From: a virus
IMG/VR virus record: IMGVR_UViG_3300034103_001027
Location: 32,001 to 96,000 of that record
Strand: one strand, 5' to 3'
DNA length: 64,000 nucleotides
This document shows, piece by piece, positions 61,116-64,000 of the stretch. The translations under genes and the position numbers were made by a program. The first letter of the stretch is position 1. Each line of letters begins with the position of its first letter. The notes under the pieces were generated by a model, which searched no databases, was not told the DNA's origin, and was given only the letters and a program-made list of their open reading frames with translations.

Positions 61116-62352
61116 CATCATATGGGACAATCGTTCCTTGCATGCTTGTGTTGCTGTGATGCTATTTCCAATTGCCTAGCATTGTGGCAACTAAACATCG
61201 TATGGAACAAGTGAAACAATGGTTTCGGTTGTCGTCTTAGAAAAGACGGCTTGTGGCTTGTATAAGAATTAAGGCGAAAAATGCTTTTCAACGTGCTAAT
61301 GGGGCGAATTTTCACATTAACTTTCAGTTTTGAGCGTCGTAAGTGCTTATTTGACAAGGGGTTACGAAAATCAGCCAGGTGATAAAGGGGTGGGACGGAC
61401 CATTTGTCTTGTAGATATATATTGGTACAGCCCCAAAAATTTTTCACGATTTTCAAACTCCAATTCCCCTCTTTTAGTGGAGCATGCGAATCAAACGAAT
61501 CAGGATTGGGCTAGAATCGACGCTGATCGAGCCTTGACTCTTTACACCTAATCACCCTCAAGTCGCTTCCTGACGCGAGTTAGGGGCCTTCTTGAGCGTT
61601 TGATGCGACCTGAGGGTCTTGAAGGTGCGAAGTAGGTGGAAGCACCAATTGCCCCTTTCAACGCTTTACGGGGCAATCTGATGCGTTTTAGGGCATCTAT
61701 AGCCCCACGAGCGTCTTGTGGGGTGTTAGGTACGGTGAGGAAGACGGTGATTCGGTGGTGAAGGTGCGGAATGGGTGGAAGTACCAATTGCCCCTAGCGC
61801 ATTTGATACTGATCCCTGGTGTCCTTCTTGCGTTCCCTAGGGTTCCTTCCTGCCTTTCTTCACGGGATGCCTCTTCCCTTCTGCTCCTATTGCTTCGCTT
61901 ACCCCTTGAGAGGCTATTGCTTGGCTATTGCCTCTTTATGGGGCTTGTTGAAGCAACTTGGAGCTATTAGTTATATGTTGCACCTTATTTCAAATGTGTA
62001 CCATTATTTTGAAAGTCAATGAGGGAATCATATACTGTTGCGCGTTTATGTCTCTATGTAGTTTCTAAGCAGGCCGCCCAGGGAGGAGGCAACCAAGAAG
62101 GGGCCTGGTTCACGCTGCTTTATGTCTCAAATGACCTATTTTAGATCTCAACTGACCACAAAAGAGACGGAAAGCAGCCATTCAAACCCTTAATGGCTCG
62201 CTGGACGCCCTTATGTACCCCTAGAACGGCTTGAGACCCGATTAGTGCATGGAATCTTGCCATTAAGGTATCTGAAATAGACCCTAAATACACCAACAAC
62301 TGGGTTGCCGAGTAGATTTTATGGCGTTTTTCGCCAGAAAGAGCATCGAGGG

Positions 62353-62384
62353 ACTTGCCATATACCGGAAGGTCGCTAAGATTG
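62353..62384 (+). promoter_or_regulatory. Promoter-like ACTTGCCATATA motif: TTGCCA-16-TAAGAT
   Basis: Same motif as the minus-strand copies at 30289, 31779, 49735 and others; sits upstream of the rightward genes. Confidence 0.6.
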
Positions 62385-62431
62385 GTGTGAATTGGGGTTT
62401 CAGGAGTCTATTTAGCTTGGAGGCAGCACAG

Positions 62432-63073
62432 ATGGGGCGTGTTTGGAAGCGAGCGGGTATTGATCTGGACGCTCTTATTGATGCTGAGCGCGCTGCTCAG
62501 CTTAGCGGTTATGACCTGGATGAGGATGCGTTCTATGCCAGGCTCTGCGAGGCCACTAAATGCGGTGCAGTCAGCGCCCCAGAAGGGGAGAGATACGACT
62601 GGTACACCGATGACGAGGAGTCCGAGGGGCCGGAAGCCGCCCCTGAGCCCGAAGATGCCGATAGTGAGTCATGGTGCTGGCATGGGCATCCCGACAGGGG
62701 GGAGCGGATTCGTCGAGTCCAGGCGTATACAAAGATACACGCCAAGCACCGGGACATCTGGGACATTGACGCTGAAGACCTAGAGATCCTAACTGCAGCC
62801 AAGGAGGAGGTCCTCATGCGCTGCAAGACATCCTATGGGGTCATGTACGTCGTGGAGGACTTTGGGGTCAGCGAAGTGAGTGTCCGGTGGGTCGTTAAGT
62901 GCCACAGGAAGAATCTGAGGGCTGGTGATCCAGATGCTCTAGCGCTTGAGAAGGCGATTCAGGACAGAATGAAGGCGGCTGGCGGTCCCAAAGGCATGAG
63001 GAATGCAATGAAACGCAGACGTCGTTTTGATTTGAGTGTAACTAAGGGTATAAGGCAAGTTGCTTCAGCGTAG
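62432..63073 (+). CDS. Hypothetical protein
   Basis: GGAGG RBS before the ATG at 62432. Confidence 0.6.
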   Translation: MGRVWKRAGIDLDALIDAERAAQLSGYDLDEDAFYARLCEATKCGAVSAPEGERYDWYTDDEESEGPEAAPEPEDADSESWCWHGHPDRGERIRRVQAYTKIHAKHRDIWDIDAEDLEILTAAKEEVLMRCKTSYGVMYVVEDFGVSEVSVRWVVKCHRKNLRAGDPDALALEKAIQDRMKAAGGPKGMRNAMKRRRRFDLSVTKGIRQVASA

Positions 63074-63162
63074 CAGGGAGGCTGAGATGGCTCAAGCGAT
63101 AGTGATTTGTGCTTTTGTGTTGGCTTTTGTGGTTCAGGGGTTATTTGTACTAAGAGAGGGCA

Positions 63163-63462
63163 GTGATCATGAAGATTGAAGATATTAACGCAACGCTCCG
63201 CAAGGACGTAGATGTGCTTTTTATGGATGCCATGGCGGCTCGCAGAGCCTTGGGTGAGGCTATGCGGCGTGTTGATGGCGTCCTGGAGGCGATTGAGAAG
63301 ATCGAGAAGCTCGAGGACGCAATGCTTATTCACAGCCGGAAGACCGGATCAGCATTGAACCTTACGCTGCCTAATGCGCCGGAAGGTGCCTATACCAGCA
63401 CTTGTGGCGATGTGCAGCTTTGGTTCGACTGGGCCAATAAGGATGATGGAGTTTGGCCGTAA
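63163..63462 (+). CDS. Hypothetical protein
   Basis: ORF with RBS. Confidence 0.55.
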   Translation: MIMKIEDINATLRKDVDVLFMDAMAARRALGEAMRRVDGVLEAIEKIEKLEDAMLIHSRKTGSALNLTLPNAPEGAYTSTCGDVQLWFDWANKDDGVWP

Positions 63463-63502
63463 ATACTACGGCTTAGTGCGATTTCTTAACAAGGAGTTTT
63501 AT

Positions 63503-63910
63503 ATGGTACATGGATTAGAAGTCATCAAGGCAATGAATCACGAGGCTAGCGCGCCTGACAAGTTGCAGGCTGAGATCGTAGCTGCGGAGGCGCGCAGGTT
63601 ATACGAGGACTTGCCTACCTTCCGGTGGGGCTCGGCAACTACATTTGTGAACGCTGGCGGGAGGCTTATTCGCATTACCATGTCAATTGTCGATGATGCA
63701 GATGGCATTATCCGCGACATGGGCGGGCGAAGAGTGACTGTCGGCAGTAAAGTGCGAGTCCACCAAGAAGACGGAATCCGCACTGCCGTTGTTCACAAGC
63801 TCCAATTGAACCAACCGACCAAAAACGCACCGGGCTACTGGGTTGATATCGATTCCGGCGAGGGGCTAGAGGGAATGCCATCATATCTCCTGGAGGTGAT
63901 TGATGACTGA
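63503..63910 (+). CDS. Hypothetical protein
   Basis: AAGGAG RBS before the ATG at 63503. Confidence 0.6.
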   Translation: MVHGLEVIKAMNHEASAPDKLQAEIVAAEARRLYEDLPTFRWGSATTFVNAGGRLIRITMSIVDDADGIIRDMGGRRVTVGSKVRVHQEDGIRTAVVHKLQLNQPTKNAPGYWVDIDSGEGLEGMPSYLLEVIDD

Positions 63911-64000
63911 CATAGTAAAAGCCCTCAGAGATCCAGAAGGATGTACCGCAGGCGACATAAGCGAAGCGGCAGATATGCTGGCATTCTTCTTTCTTATGAT

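Larger units (their letters stand above)
48501..61248. repeat. Dispersed palindrome CGTCT-N6-AGACG, about 20 copies (operator-like)
   Basis: Perfect arms at 50500, 52622, 54045, 55663, 55856, 57314, 57888, 58248, 58955, 59107, 59415, 59833, 60388, 61233; near-perfect at 48501, 49489, 53093, 55050, 56320, 58608. Confidence 0.92.

Noticed and set aside
48501-61248. Palindromes as CRISPR repeats or BsmBI (CGTCTC) cloning scars
   Set aside because: Spacing is irregular and gene-sized, and many copies are degenerate or lack CGTCTC on one arm
1-64000. Stop-codon reassignment
   Set aside because: Conserved genes are full length in the standard code and use all three stop codons

Overview
This window looks like 64 kb of a tailed dsDNA phage genome. 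The host is probably a Planctomycetota/PVC bacterium; this is an inference from a DUF1580-like HTH protein and the style of the Cys-rich proteins. Layout from left to right: (1) 1-22.1 kb is a minus-strand virion/late module: S8 protease (cut by the window edge), a GalE + methyltransferase-GT34 + GT25 glycosylation cluster beside a poly-Ser protein, adaptor, tailspike, portal, TerL, capsid and scaffold. (2) 22.3-39.7 kb covers regulation and replication: a protein with two serine-recombinase catalytic domains, a sigma factor, PhoH, prim-pol, a 5'-3' exonuclease, SF2 and UvrD helicases, a ParB-like protein and an SMC-like ATPase. It also holds attC-like integron cassette relics and an intact IS608-type IS200/IS605 element. 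(3) 40-60.4 kb is a dense minus-strand array of small early-type genes punctuated by about 20 copies of the palindrome CGTCT-N6-AGACG. (4) 60.4-62.4 kb is a divergent non-coding region holding a candidate ~600-nt structured RNA. A second motif, ACTTGCCATATA, recurs about 12 times in the direction of transcription. All calls come from reading motifs by eye; no database searches were run.
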